From Eledone cirrhosa (lineage: Eukaryota): DNA of 64,000 nt. This document shows, one piece after another, positions 1 to 14,230 of this stretch. How positions within the stretch are numbered: position 1 is the first letter of the stretch; each line of letters begins with the position of its first letter. A program made the position numbers and the translations under genes. The DNA is taken from NCBI GenBank assembly GCA_964016885.1, contig OZ024745.1, forward strand, positions 22,010,001-22,074,000, in the 5' to 3' direction. The notes beneath the pieces are model-generated. The model ran no database searches. It was not told the DNA's origin and was given only the letters and a program-made list of their open reading frames with translations.

Positions 1-129
1 TTCGCTAAAGATTGTTTATAGAATTTTGGCGCACAGGAAAGTGTATATATAATATAATATAACATAATAGAATAAATCGTAAGGAACGTGGAATTCTCCA
101 AGAAATATTATGGAAGGAAATTCAATATA

Positions 130-174
<45 letters not shown>

Positions 175-211
175 ATGTATATATATATATATTTATGTAT
201 ATATGTATGTA

Positions 212-342
<131 letters not shown>

Positions 343-357
343 ATATATATATATATA

Positions 358-462
<105 letters not shown>

Positions 463-1351
463 ATTTATACATATATATATATATGTATATATGTATATAT
501 ATATATATATATGTGTGTGTCTGTGTGTGTACATATATACATACATATATACATACATATATACATATATATGTGTGTGTGTGTGCGTGTGTGGGTGTAT
601 GGGTTTCGGTGTGTGAATGGTTGACTGAGGATGTGTATGTGCTTAGTGAGGTAGAAAAATATCGAGTGAAAGAGAAATTGAGACAAAAAGAAAGAGTGAA
701 AGAAAGCACGTATGTATAAACATATGAAGGAATGATTGGCTGCATAAACGAATGAACGATTGAAAGAATGAAGGAATGATTGGCTGTATAAACGAATGAA
801 CGATTGAAAGAATGAAGGAATGAATGAAAACGGTAAGTGAATAAAGAATTGGGAATTAGGTGAGGGCCTTTAGTGAAGTGCTCGTCAAGATTGAATGATT
901 CAGAGTAGCAAAGATTCAGAAACTCCTTTATATTGGATTTATATATGCATATTTAATTGTGTATGTGCTCCTGTATGCATGTATGAGGAGGTTGTGTATG
1001 TAGGTATGAGTATGAGGTTGTGTATATAGGTATGCATTTTTGTATGTATTTGTTAATGCATTTCTGTATGCATGCATGCATGCATGCATATATGTGTGTA
1101 TATGTTTGTATGTAAATATTCATGCATGTATTAGTTTGTAACATACATTCCCGCCGATTTGTGAATACAAACAAATTATAACAACGGCGGGAAGTTATGT
1201 TACAACCCAATATATATATATGTATATGTATATGTATGTGTATTTGTATATATGCAAATTTTCATGCGTGCATATATGTTATATGTTTGTATGTAAATAT
1301 TCATGCGTGTATATATGTATGTGTTTATATTTGTATATAAATATTCATGCG

Positions 1352-1553
1352 GAAAGTTCGTAGGATGAAAAGTTCATAAGCTGACCAAGATACTCTCATG
1401 GAATAACCAAATGAGTTATATTTTTCAACATAGTTCCTGGGAAGTAATAATGCAGTAATTAATAAGAAGAGTTGAAATTAATGAATGCAAGATTTCACAG
1501 CTCTAGCTTCACTTCTTCAAAGCCAGCCTATGAGCTTTTTAGTCCACCGTTGT
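1352..1553. mobile_element. Degraded Tc1/mariner terminal fragment (MITE-like)
   Basis: 1360-1437 is the reverse complement of a diverged match to the 3' end of the mariner fragment at 39980-40050 (ttgaaaaata..ttccatgagagt..atgaac.tttca); 1523-1553 resembles the opposite terminal repeat. Confidence 0.5.
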
Positions 1554-1842
1554 ATATATGGAGTTGTGTATATATGTATGCAATTATGTATGTATTTGTG
1601 TAAGCACTTTTGTGTGTATGCATGCATGTATGTATGCAAATATGTATATATCTATGTTGGTATGTAAATATCCATGCATACATATATGTATGTTTATTTG
1701 TGTTTATATATGAATGTAAGTATATATGTGTCTATTATGTATGTATGCATGTATGTATGCCTGTATGTATGTATGTATGTATGTATTATGTATGTAAGAA
1801 TGTATGTATGTATGAATGAATGTATATATATATATATATATA

Positions 1843-2773
1843 TATTTCGTTTCTGAATTTGTTTAGTAAGATTCTTTATCTGAAATCGTGTGTTGAAACC
1901 GATATTGTTATACTTTGGGAGGGTCATGTTGCCAATAAGAAACACACGCACCAGTTGCTTTCACTTCAATTTATTATAAGAAATTCATAATAAATATATA
2001 AATTTATAAATTTCTGGTTGGTTGATTGGTTCCACAACCAGATAGTTGTTTATATATAGTCATAGTTCTTTTGTCACACACTCTGTGACCTCTTCAGTGA
2101 CTGGGGATTCCTTTCTTTGTTTCTGTGCCTCTCCTTTGTTCTGTCCTACGCCATGTTGTTTCTGTGTGTGTGTTGTGTGCTCAGTCTGCGCATGCGCCAC
2201 ATCCGGGTATCTGTGTGTGTTTATGTTCATTTATTTATTTGTTTATTTACATGTTACTGGTTGGTTGTTTGTTCTATGTGTGTGTGTGTTTTACATTTTG
2301 TCCTTAATTGTAAGTTGTGATGTTGCTGTTCCACTCATATTTTCTATTTAATTTTGGTTGTAATTCTTTTATGTTTATTGCCTCTGTAATTTGTCTAAAC
2401 ATTGCGTCTTTTCTGTGTGTAGATTCTATTTTTATTTCTATGTTCTCTAATTTACCCTTGTGTTCTATTTTAGCATGTTGGTAGAGTACAGATGATTCTT
2501 TATTATCTTGAAGGTCTCGCCAGTGTTCATTTATCCGTTCCCCTACACTACGAGCTGTCTCACCAATGTACACTATATTTTTGTCTCTACATTGTCCTTC
2601 AGTACATCTTATGCTATACACTACATTTCTAGTTTTACAGTTAATATGGGGGCTTATTTTACAGGTTATACATTTCTTATCTATACATGAGGGTCTTTGA
2701 AAAGGGTATGTCTTGCTAATAAGTGTTTTTACGGAGGTACCTGGTCTTTCTACTATCTTAATATTGAGTTTAT
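1843..2773 (-). repeat. Inverted pseudo-LTR (3' part of the ORF, 3' UTR and tail) of the PLE
   Basis: ORF 2304-2621(-) is identical to 6197-6514(+) except RQITE/RRITE; the UTR aligns with few differences. Confidence 0.95.
2058..2102 (-). ncRNA. Type-I hammerhead ribozyme copy with a core mutation (GAAA to AAAA)
   Basis: Minus strand reads AGUCA CUGAAGA G GUCACA GAGUG UGUGAC AAAA GAAC UA UGACU; it is identical to 6717-6761 except G12 to A. Confidence 0.8.
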
Positions 2774-2835
2774 TATAAATTTATAATAATAAATTGAAGT
2801 GAAGGCAACTGGTGCGTGTGTTTCTTATTGGCAAC

Positions 2836-5800
2836 ATGACCCTCCCAAAGTATAACAATATCGGTTTCAACACACGATTTCAGATAAAGAATCTTGCTAA
2901 ACAAATTCAGAAACGAAATATCGTAAGCCTTAGCCAGGCTAACAAGATACTGAAAACCACCATGTTCTGTTGTCTACGAAAAACCATAACATCTCGACAA
3001 CTACACTTCCTAAAAGAATGTGCCTCGTCCCGAGTTACACCAACACCATCAACACCGACGTTAGAAGATTACAACTCACCAAAGAACAAACAGATAGGCT
3101 AAAACGAACATTAATTCTAAACATAAAAAAGAAGATCTATAGAGAATTAAGTCATCAAGAAAAACATAAGCGTAACCTAATACAAGAAATAGCTAGGATC
3201 ACCACACCAAGAGAGAAACTAATATTTATAAGCCTTATACGCCCTGAAGAACAGTACATTACTCAAGAATGTGATAAGCACTTTAACAAGAAACTAAAGT
3301 GGCTTAAGCAGATAAAGCTAAATCAGGATACTATAGAGAATACCAATAGATATCTCGACAAAATTGACGGTATAAACATGGCCGACACCTCATTAACAGA
3401 TGAGTTCAACAACAACAACAACACAAATATATACGGCAACACAATAATAGATAATGACGAGTTATCTGTGTTGTGTTTATCCCAGAAATTTGCGACATTC
3501 AAGAAGGTAAATATGATTAGTTGTCTGTCAGAAATAGAAAAACCATTTACAAAACTACGCTGGAGCCTGAAAAACAAAAAAACAAACAAAAGCAACAGTA
3601 TACGCACACACATATACAACACACATCCCAACAACAACAGACACACTGACACAAACAACAATAACAACAACACACACACCACCAACAACAACAACACCAA
3701 CATACCCAGAAACAACAACAACAGACACGCAGACACAAACAACAATAACAACTCACACAACAACAATAACACACACGGAGACAACAACAACACACATCAA
3801 CAACAGCACACATCAACAACAACAACAACACACACACATTAAATGCCTCTCACCACCACCACAATCTTAACAAACACACAGACACAGAAAACAAGTAATG
3901 ACAGTAGCACAGAAATCACAGAAATAAGGGAAAGTAATAGGATTAAAAAGAGAAGGGAGACTAAGGACAAAGAAAATAACCAAGACGAACACACAGACAC
4001 ACAAAATAGGGTAGATAACAACAATGAGCCAGTGGAAAGAGACACGAGTAATTATGAGAGACATAGAAACAACCATGAGGCTGTTGGTGGAAATAGAAAT
4101 AGAAACAACACAACTAACAATAACAATAGCACTAGTACACATAAAGCAGCAGCCTGGAACTCTACGTTTTATAATCCCTCCGATAAATCGTTCGACCTGC
4201 GACGAGTCCACGCCACGACTTTACCATTTAACAAACGCACGCAATTGCCGTCGCAGGTCGATGAACAAACAGAAGCACAATTTAGTATAGCTAGATCCGA
4301 ACTTAGAAATATTATAGAACAGTATAGCAAGAAGCATAATAGAATGGAGGCCCAGCAACTGGGAGAAAAATCTGCAAATGGCTTGCGTAAGCTCATGCAG
4401 CGCTCACGTAATAGAGAGATAGCATGCTTTCCAACAGACAAGTCTGGCAGAATGTCGGTTGACAGCCTGCCAAACTACATCCAGGCAATGCAACCCCACA
4501 TCACTAACACAAGAGAGGTAACACCACAGGAGCATGAGGATAGAGAAAAAGCCCTCAATGCCCATATGGTGATGTGGACGAATATAATGCAGCCCAACAA
4601 AAGGACTGCCAACAATTCCAGGCCTGGAACAATGACGTGCTGGCGTTGTATGGGCTTCGAAAAGACCATAAAACGGGCAGTGACCCTGTCGCGGGACCAC
4701 CAACACGGCCAGTCTGTGGGGCTAACATTGCTAGTAACTACAGACTGTCCTACTTCCTCTCCCTGATCATACGCCCCATCATTGAAATGTCCCCAGATGT
4801 ATGTGACAGCACGGAGGACCTCCTCAGCAGAATCGGCGTGAGTAACCGATCTAGGGACCTAACAAACTGCATAATAGGCAGTATGGATGTTGTGTCCCTG
4901 TATCCATCTATTGACGTGGATTTTGCTGTGGAGAAATGCGTAGAAATGATCAGTGAGAGCAAGGTTGAGTTCCGTGGGATTGATACCAGTGAGCTGGGAC
5001 TCCTACTTAAGCTTACCTATAGTAATAATTACCTAGACACATATGACCTTAGCAACCTGTGCCCTACAAGTCCAGCAAGAGGCAGACCATCTACCATTAC
5101 CTCAATGGCCAAGAAAACCCACACAGATAGATGGAACGGGTGGACCAGAGCCATACGGACACCCGAAAACCACGATGAACTGAAGAAAATGATTGCACAT
5201 GCGGTAGGGACCAGCATAAAACTAACCCTTAAGGAACATATGTTCAAATTTAATGGAAAAACATATGCCCAAGAGGAAGGAGCAGCCATTGGTGTTAGCA
5301 TTGCAGGCGACATAGCTAACTTATTCATGGTATGGTGGGACAGTAGACTTAAACTTAAACTTAAAGAACAATTAGAAGACCCCTTAACCCTGATAATGTA
5401 CTCCCGCTACGTTGATGATATAAACATCGTAGTCAAGACACCCCCACTAGAGAACAGTCAGGAACTAGAGAAAAACACAATGGAAAGCACCCAGCAAATA
5501 GCAAACTCCATCCACCAGAGCATTAGAGTTACTATAGACTACCCAAGTAAACACCCCAACCATCGATTACCTGTACTAGACACAGAGCTCTGGTTAGATA
5601 CCATTAACAACAAAAAACAAATCCTCCATTCCCATTATGCCAAACCCATGACTTCCAAACTCGGCCCTCTCGGACCATACCAAAATCAACATACTGATTG
5701 CGGATTTGGTACGGGTGATGAGAAATGTGTCCCGCATGTGCAACCCCGAAGAACTAGAGAGACACATACAACACTTCATCCACCGTATGCAGTTCTCTGG

Positions 5801-6514
5801 CTACAATCAGAGAGATAGAACCAGAGTGTATAGAGGAGCCAGAACCAAATGGGAAAAAATGGTAAATAATGACATAAATGGGACCTGCCCCTTGTATAGG
5901 AGCAAATTTTGGAATAGAATAGAAAGAACTAGGAACAAGGCTAATACAATAAACTCATGGTATGATAGCAATAAATACCAGAGTTCATCGATACAACCCC
6001 TAGAGGTGAATTAGCTTACAAATTTAGAAGGGCCCTAAATAAACATAAACTCAATATTAAGATAGTAGAAAGACCAGGTACCTCCGTAAAAACACTTATT
6101 AGCAAGACATACCCTTTTCAAAGACCCTCATGTATAGATAAGAAATGTATAACCTGTAAAATAAGCCCCCATATTAACTGTAAAACTAGAAATGTAGTGT
6201 ATAGCATAAGATGTACTGAAGGACAATGTAGAGACAAAAATATAGTGTACATTGGTGAGACAGCTCGTAGTGTAGGGGAACGGATAAATGAACACTGGCG
6301 AGACCTTCAAGATAATAAAGAATCATCTGTACTCTACCAACATGCTAAAATAGAACACAAGGGTAAATTAGAGAACATAGAAATAAAAATAGAATCTACA
6401 CACAGAAAAGACGCAATGTTTAGACGAATTACAGAGGCAATAAACATAAAAGAATTACAACCAAAATTAAATAGAAAATATGAGTGGAACAGCAACATCA
6501 CAACTTACAATTAA
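2836..6514 (+). pseudogene. Disrupted PLE polyprotein: N-terminal domain, reverse transcriptase, Cys-rich linker, GIY-YIG endonuclease
   Basis: Joined across frames: FLKEC..VTP; LYGLRKDHK..PTRPVCG; GSMDVVSLYPSI; QEEGAAIGVSIAGDIANLFM; YSRYVDD; LPVLD; HYAKP; SALSDHTKINILIADLVRVMRN; LYRSKFW; CIDKKCITC..C; VVYSIRC..C..YIGETARS..R..EH..EAINIKELQPKLN. Breaks at ~3042 (frameshift), 3840 (TAA), ~4617, ~5660 and ~5983 (frameshifts). Confidence 0.92.
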
Positions 6515-6716
6515 GGACAAAATGAAAACACACACACACACATAGAATAAACAACCAGCCAGTAACATGTAAATAAACAAATAAATAAATGAACATAAAC
6601 ATACACAGACACCCGGATGTGGCGCATGCGCAGACTGAGCACACAACACACACACAGAAAAAAAATGGCGTAGGACAGAACAAAGGAGAGGTACAGAAAC
6701 AAAGAAAGGAATCCCC

Positions 6717-6761
6717 AGTCACTGAAGAGGTCACAGAGTGTGTGACGAAAGAACTATGACT
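6717..6761 (+). ncRNA. Type-I minimal hammerhead ribozyme in the PLE 3' UTR/pLTR
   Basis: AGUCA-CUGAAGA-G-GUCACA(GAGUG)UGUGAC-GAAA-G(AA)C-UA-UGACU. Stem I is AGUCA/UGACU, stem II is 6 bp, the core is intact, and cleavage is predicted after CUA (6756). Confidence 0.85.
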
Positions 6762-6963
6762 ATATATAAACAACTATCTGGTTGTGGAACCAACCAACCA
6801 ACCAACCATAAATTTATAAATTTATAAATTTCTTATAAATTTCTTATAATAAATTGAAGTGAAAGCAACTGGTGCGTGTGTTTCTTATTGGCAACATGAC
6901 CCTCCCAAAGTATAACAATATATATATATACATATATACATATATATATACATATATATATAT

Positions 6964-7017
<54 letters not shown>

Positions 7018-7497
7018 TATATGTATTATGTACGTATTATGTGTGTTTACATATATTCATTTTTCTCTGGGATTTCGAATTTCTAACCAACAGAGAAAGA
7101 GCTGCTTGCTGTTAATCGAGAAACAAGAAACTTTCATTGAAATTTAATAAACATCAACTCAACTGGGTATTCGTGCTTGTATTTAGATATATATATTATG
7201 GATTTTTTTAATGAAATAAGTTCTGTAAAATATTTATAGCATTTTACATATGTATATAAGCATATATAATAACCAAAATACATACATGAAAGTCATACCA
7301 GGAAAGCTATACCACGGTGATCAAAATAGGATCAAAGTATCAAACAGAGAAACACTTTTTCAAATAACTTATAAGGAAGCCTAAGCCTTGCAGGTATAAT
7401 GAAAAATATCGTGTGCGTGATGTTTATATAGTAAGCATAACCCATAAAATTATATGTTAGTAAAAGTGTTACATTTCTAGAAAAAGACGTTGAAATA

Positions 7498-7868
7498 ATA
7501 ATTGTTTCTACTTTTGGCACAAGGCCAGCAAATACCCAGTGCATTACTGGTACTTTATTTTATCGACCCCGTAAGGATGAAAGGCAAAGTTAACCTCAGC
7601 GGGATTTAAACTCAGAATGGCAAGGGCCGTAACTCTATGCGTCAAAGCATGGTGTCCGACCCTCTACCGATACTGACAATCCACTGAATAATAATAACAA
7701 TAACAATTTTCAAATAACTGTTTCTACTTTAGGCACAAGGCCAGCAATTATCCCAGTGTATTACTGGTATTTTATTTTATCGACCCCGTAAGGATGAAAG
7801 GCAAAGTTAACCTCGGCGGGATTTGAACTCAGACCACAAAGGGTCGTAACTCTATGCTGCATAGCATT
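7498..7868 (-). mobile_element. Two tandem copies of tRNA-derived SINE family 1
   Basis: Reverse complement of the consensus TGGCAGTATCGG (A box)..GAGTTCAAATCC (B box)..GCCTTTCATCCTTACGGGGTCGATAAAATAAAGTACC..GGCCTTGTGCC..AGAAACAATTATT. Confidence 0.85.
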
Positions 7869-8978
7869 TTTCAAATAACATTAACAATAATGATAATACC
7901 TTAACAATAGCATAACATTGCAAATATTTAGGTTGTCAAGGAAATTAAAGCCAGTATTTTCTTGGTATTTATTTCACAAAACCTGGTTGTTTGAAAAACA
8001 AATACAATCTCGTTGAGAACTGAATTCACGTCGCAAACAGATCTAAATATATTTTGTTTTCATGTCACATCACGTCTAATGATTGGTAAATGTGATGAGC
8101 TTTTATAACATATATGTATGTATGTTCTTCTAATTTTATAATTTCACATGTATGTACGTAATATATCTATTTATGTATGTATGAATGTATGTAGGTATGT
8201 ATGTATATTTGTTATCGTTCATCAAAGTATTTTTCATATATAGAACCTCAGTAGCAAAGTATCAAATCAAATGCTTTCTAAATGACCACCGCATAGAGGT
8301 GAGGCTGGCTTGGTCACCATTTAAATATATACTGCCAATATACGGTAATTAACATCAACAACAATAATAACAATTCTAACAAATTTGTAATAGGTCACAG
8401 GGGCCGAAAAATCACCTCCACGCCCCCAAACTGTCTTGTGCAAGCGAAGAATTCAATGTTGAGCAATATTTCTTTTAAGGACCTCTCAATTTGTGTCTGC
8501 AATGGTTCTCCTGGGTGTCAGGCTTTTGCCGACACACAGTGATACCTCACCGTTTTACAGGGAGTTGCTGCTAAGACCTCTGAGGTGATAGATTATTCTA
8601 CTCATCTTCATTTAGACCAATTTGAATGGTTATGCCAGACATGAGTCCTTGGTGAGCAAGGGCATTTTAGATAGTTCTATTTTTGTTGCTGTAGACGGGA
8701 AGGAAATTGTGTTTTTGTTGTTGTTGTTGATGTTGGTAGTATTGTTTTTGTCTGCGGAGACTGTTGCATTTGTGTGATCGCTCTTATGTTTTATTATTTT
8801 CGTTGGTGTCAATGTTTTCTGTTGTGGTGGTGGTGAAGATTTCGTTCATTGTGTATTTTATTGACCCAGTGAAATGGTCATAGGTCTATGGCTTTGGTCA
8901 AAGATCTCTTCAGTCATCGATAAAACCGAACTAAACAACGACAAAAACTACACAGCATAAAACAAGAAATATCAACAG

Positions 8979-9665
8979 TACCACACAACTATCACCTAAA
9001 CAACAACACCACACAACTATTACATAAACTACAACATCGACTGAAACAACAACACCACCACACAACTATCGCATAAATTACAACATCAACTGAACCAACA
9101 ACAACACCACACAACTACCACATAAACTACAACATCAACTGAACCAACAACAACACCACACAACTACCACATAAACTACAACATCAACTGAACCAACAAC
9201 AACACCACACAACTATCACACAAACTACAACATCAAATAAACCAACAACAACACCACACAACTATTACATAAACTACAACAACAGCTGAACCAACAACAA
9301 CACCACACAACTATCACATAAACTACAACAACAGCTGAACCAACAACAACACCACACAACTATTACATGAACTACAACAACAGCTGAACCAACAACACCA
9401 CCACACAACTATCACATAAACTACAACAACAGCTGAACCAACAACAACAACACCACACAACTATCACATAAACTACAACAATAGCTGAACCAACAACAAC
9501 CCCACACAACTATCACACAAACTACAACAACAGCTGAACCATCAACAACACCACACAACTATCACACAAACTACAACAGAGCTGAACCATCAAGAGCACC
9601 ACACAACTATTACATAAACTACAACAACAGCTGTACCACCAACAGTACCACATAAACTACAACAA
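8979..9665. repeat. 49-bp minisatellite, ~13 copies
   Basis: Unit ACCACACAACTATCACATAAACTACAACAACAGCTGAACCAACAACAAC; period 49 (9106 to 9155). Confidence 0.9.
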
Positions 9666-10185
9666 CATACCTACAACAACAATACAACAGACAACCATTA
9701 CATGATCTATTAATACAGCACCACGTAACATTTAAATAACCTATTTCACCATAACCTACAATCTACAACAACAACAACTACAACGAAAAGAAAACGAGAT
9801 TTGCGTGATCCAATCAGTTTATCATGTTTAATATATGTAACCTGGAGTAATTAGCTAAGCTCAGCATGTGGATAATGAAAGTTGACATAGAAATAAACGT
9901 AAATGATGACATCTAGACATTGGGAACGTAGCTACACACAGGAAGAGAAAGAAGAGAGATGGAGAGGAAGGAAGAGGAGGAGAAGTGGATGAAAAGAAGG
10001 GAGGGGTGAATACGACAGATATTAAGACAAGCAGACATCTTAGAAGTGGGTGGATTGCTAGGACACATGACATATTCGTACCAGCCTCTTCAGCATTTGC
10101 GAATCTCAGCTGAAATGTTTGTCATGAAACTCCAGTTTCTGTTGCATCAATGACAAAAGTAACGACAATGACAGCAAAAGTTATT

Positions 10186-10724
10186 ATCCTTTCGGGATCG
10201 ATAAAATGAAGTACCAGTAATGTACTGAGGGTGATTTAATCGACTTTCCGCCCCCCAACAAAAAAATTGTTGGCCTTGTGCCTAAATCAGAAACCATTAT
10301 TATTAGGTGGATTGTCAGTATCGGTAGAAGGTCGGACGCCATGCTTTGACGCATAGAGTTACGGTCCTTGCTATTCTGAATTCAAATCCCGCCGAGGTTA
10401 ACTTTGCCTTTCATCCTTACGGGGTCGATAAAATAAAGTACCAGTAATGCACTGGGATAATTGCTGGCCTTGTGCCAAAAGTAGAAACAATTATTATTAT
10501 TATTACTGTGGATTGGCAGTATCGGTAGAGAGTTGGACACCATGCTTTGCAGCATAGAGTTATGGTCCTTTATGGTCTGAGTTCAAATGCCGCCGAGGTT
10601 AACTTTACCTTTCATCCTTACGGGGTCGAAAAATATAATACCAGTAAGACAATGGGGTCGATTAAATTGTATTTCTACTTCCTTCCAAATTTTGGCTTTG
10701 TGCTTAAATCAGAAACAATTATTA
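10186..10724 (+). mobile_element. Three tandem copies of SINE family 1 (first copy 5'-truncated)
   Basis: Copies at ~10186-10304, 10307-10500 and 10508-10724 with A/B boxes and (ATT)n tails. Confidence 0.85.
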
Positions 10725-10749
10725 TTGTTGTTGCTGTTGAGTCTCTCGT

Positions 10750-11296
10750 GATGTGGCACACATCGGTGACGTGGCACACATCGGTGACGTGACACACATC
10801 GGTGACGTGCACACATCGGTGACGTCTCACACCTCGGTGACGTGTAACACATCGGTGACGTGACACACATCGGTGACGTGCACACATCGGTGACGTCTCA
10901 CACCTCGGTGACGTGTAACACATCGGTGACGCGCACACATCAGTGACGTCGTACACATCGATGACGTCATACACATCGGTGACGTCGTACACATCGGTGA
11001 AGGCACATGGCTTACTGGTTAGAGCATTGGCCTTGCAATCGAAAGGTTGTGAGTTCAATTCTCAGACAGGGTGATGTGTTGTTTCCTTGAGCAAGACACT
11101 TTATTTCACATTGCTCCAGTTTACTCAGCTGTAGAAATGAGATGATAGGACTGGGGTCCTATCATTAAAATTCCCCAAGACACCTCCAACGAGATATACC
11201 TTGGAGGAGGCCAGCTAAACCTGCATAGGTGTGAGCTGTCACACACACATAGGTGTGAGCTGTTACACACATCGGTGACGTGGTACACATCGGTGG
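10750..11296. repeat. 18-19-bp minisatellite (ACACATCGGTGACGT core) interrupted by a SINE
   Basis: ~14 units at 10750-11000 and 2 more at 11265-11296. Confidence 0.9.
11002..11140 (+). mobile_element. tRNA-derived SINE family 2
   Basis: TGGCTTACTGG (A box), GAGTTCAATTC (B box), then TCCTTGAGCAAGACACTTTATTTCAC; related minus-strand copies at ~18665-18785 and ~33300-33440. Confidence 0.75.
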
Positions 11297-11634
11297 AGTA
11301 AGATCCTTATTTACATGTTTCTAAACCATTCTTATTTGAACATTATATATTGTTTTGTGACTAAAACAACATTATTCTCAGGGAGTAGAACGGTCTCCAC
11401 TAATTGAAGCAGTAATTTTATTTTTAAATATAGACATTTAAAAAAAATAAAATTTCAGGTTGACAAGAAAAAAAATGTTCCTCTGAAATGAACAGCCATC
11501 TTTCCACAAGATGGAACAGCCAAAGTTCAGAATATAAGCGACGGCTTCTCTACCGTATTGTTTACTATAAACAATACAGTAGACCAATGACAAATATAAC
11601 CAACGGTAAATAGTCACATTTTTATCAATCTATC

Positions 11635-11779
<145 letters not shown>

Positions 11780-11843
11780 CCAAATATACTATACATACAT
11801 TCATTTATACATCGCTATTTCAGAGCACCAGTCCCAATCCTAA

Positions 11844-12273
<430 letters not shown>

Positions 12274-12317
12274 TATATATATACTGTATATATATATATA
12301 TATATATACTGTATATA

Positions 12318-12480
12318 TAGTAATAATAATAAATTTGAAGACTAAAATCCAAAGAGCTCGATAAGGATAAATATATATCAAATTTATAAGAACCGTAGAG
12401 CAAATATTTATTAAAATAACAGATTAAAGTTTAAGCAAAGAATCGCTGCTTTCACCCTTAACGGGATCTTCTGAAACTGC
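12318..12480 (-). mobile_element. PLE-like 3' remnant, family C, in (TA)n
   Basis: Same sequence at 53203-53317 (opposite strand) and 59536-59680. The minus strand has a decayed HHR-like CAGAAGA-U-CCC(GUUAA)GGG-U-GAAA. Confidence 0.6.
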
Positions 12481-12496
12481 ATATATATATATTATA

Positions 12497-12898
<402 letters not shown>

Positions 12899-13174
12899 TA
12901 TATATATTTGTATACATATGTGTGTGTGTATATGTGTCTGTCTATGTGTGTGCTTACATCTAAAAATACATTAACGACACATGTGTACGCTCGTCTGTAG
13001 ATGAACACTTTTATGAAAACGGATGCAGACACATTTAATATATGTCTCACTCTCCATCACTACACACCGAGAAACGCACGCACACACAACACACAACACG
13101 CATATCACGCACACACATATGTATATACATATTATATATACATATATACACGTTTATACACACACACATATACT

Positions 13175-13278
<104 letters not shown>

Positions 13279-13323
13279 CAAATATACTATACATACATTC
13301 ATTTATACATCGCTATTTCAGAG

Positions 13324-13418
<95 letters not shown>

Positions 13419-13421
13419 GTA

Positions 13422-13475
<54 letters not shown>

Positions 13476-14182
13476 CGTGCGTACATAAATACATACATAT
13501 ATAAATACATACATATATATATATACATATATATACATCCTATATACTGCTGCATAACATATATATACTAAGTGTACGGTTATTTCCCCATTAGCAGAGA
13601 TGGGTTTGATCTGGTGACCTCTTGAAAGCACAATGTCAGACGCGTTAACTTTACGTAAGTATGGAAGTCAGAAGGGCGACAGTGTGTAGCATACATCCCT
13701 ATGTCGTCACTTACGTCTATATGAGACGACCAATCATATATACCATTTCTTCCTGACGCCAAAGAAACAATTTTCTCATTATTCCATTTTCGGAATCGCC
13801 ATCGATGTTATCACATCGCCGCCAATTCTGTCGTCAGTGTTGGCGCCGCCATCACTATCTTAATCATCATTTTAGTCATCAAATTGAAGGAACATTTTAT
13901 GTTGTTACGCTATAAACATGGCGTCACTACTTTGTAAATCTATTGCCACTATTAGCATCAGGACTAGCGCCGACTGGTCAATGAGTGGATGTTTTCTGGA
14001 ACCATCAGGTAGAAATAGCAGCCTATTTCCCATCTGATAGCATCCTACATCTTAAAAATTCGCTGTTTAAAACATAAACTAACTAGATAAGTGAGTGTCC
14101 TCTTCTGAAATCAGAATATCTTTCATCATATGACTAGAAATGACCTAAGTTAGATATGGATAAGAAAAACAATAGTACACAT

Positions 14183-14230
<48 letters not shown>

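Larger units (their letters stand above)
1843..6918 (+). mobile_element. Penelope-like retroelement (Naiad-like) with a 5' inverted pseudo-LTR, inserted in (TA)n
   Basis: RT plus GIY-YIG coding region at 2836-6514. The 3' UTR is followed by a repeat of the element's own 5' end (6846-6918 matches 2786-2860). 1843-2773 is the reverse complement of 6045-6918 plus 2861-2921. Both outer ends run into TA repeats. Confidence 0.93.

Noticed and set aside
2836-6660. Selenoprotein-type Naiad (in-frame UGA plus SECIS)
   Set aside because: The linker and EN cysteines are TGT, I saw no in-frame TGA in the conserved blocks, the only internal stop is TAA, and no convincing SECIS fold is visible in the 3' UTR.
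10060-10097. CUGAAGA..GAAU on the minus strand as a hammerhead
   Set aside because: GAAA is absent and stem II does not pair.
11002-11075. tRNA genes at SINE heads
   Set aside because: A/B boxes are present, but there is no complete cloverleaf and the sequence continues into a shared SINE body.
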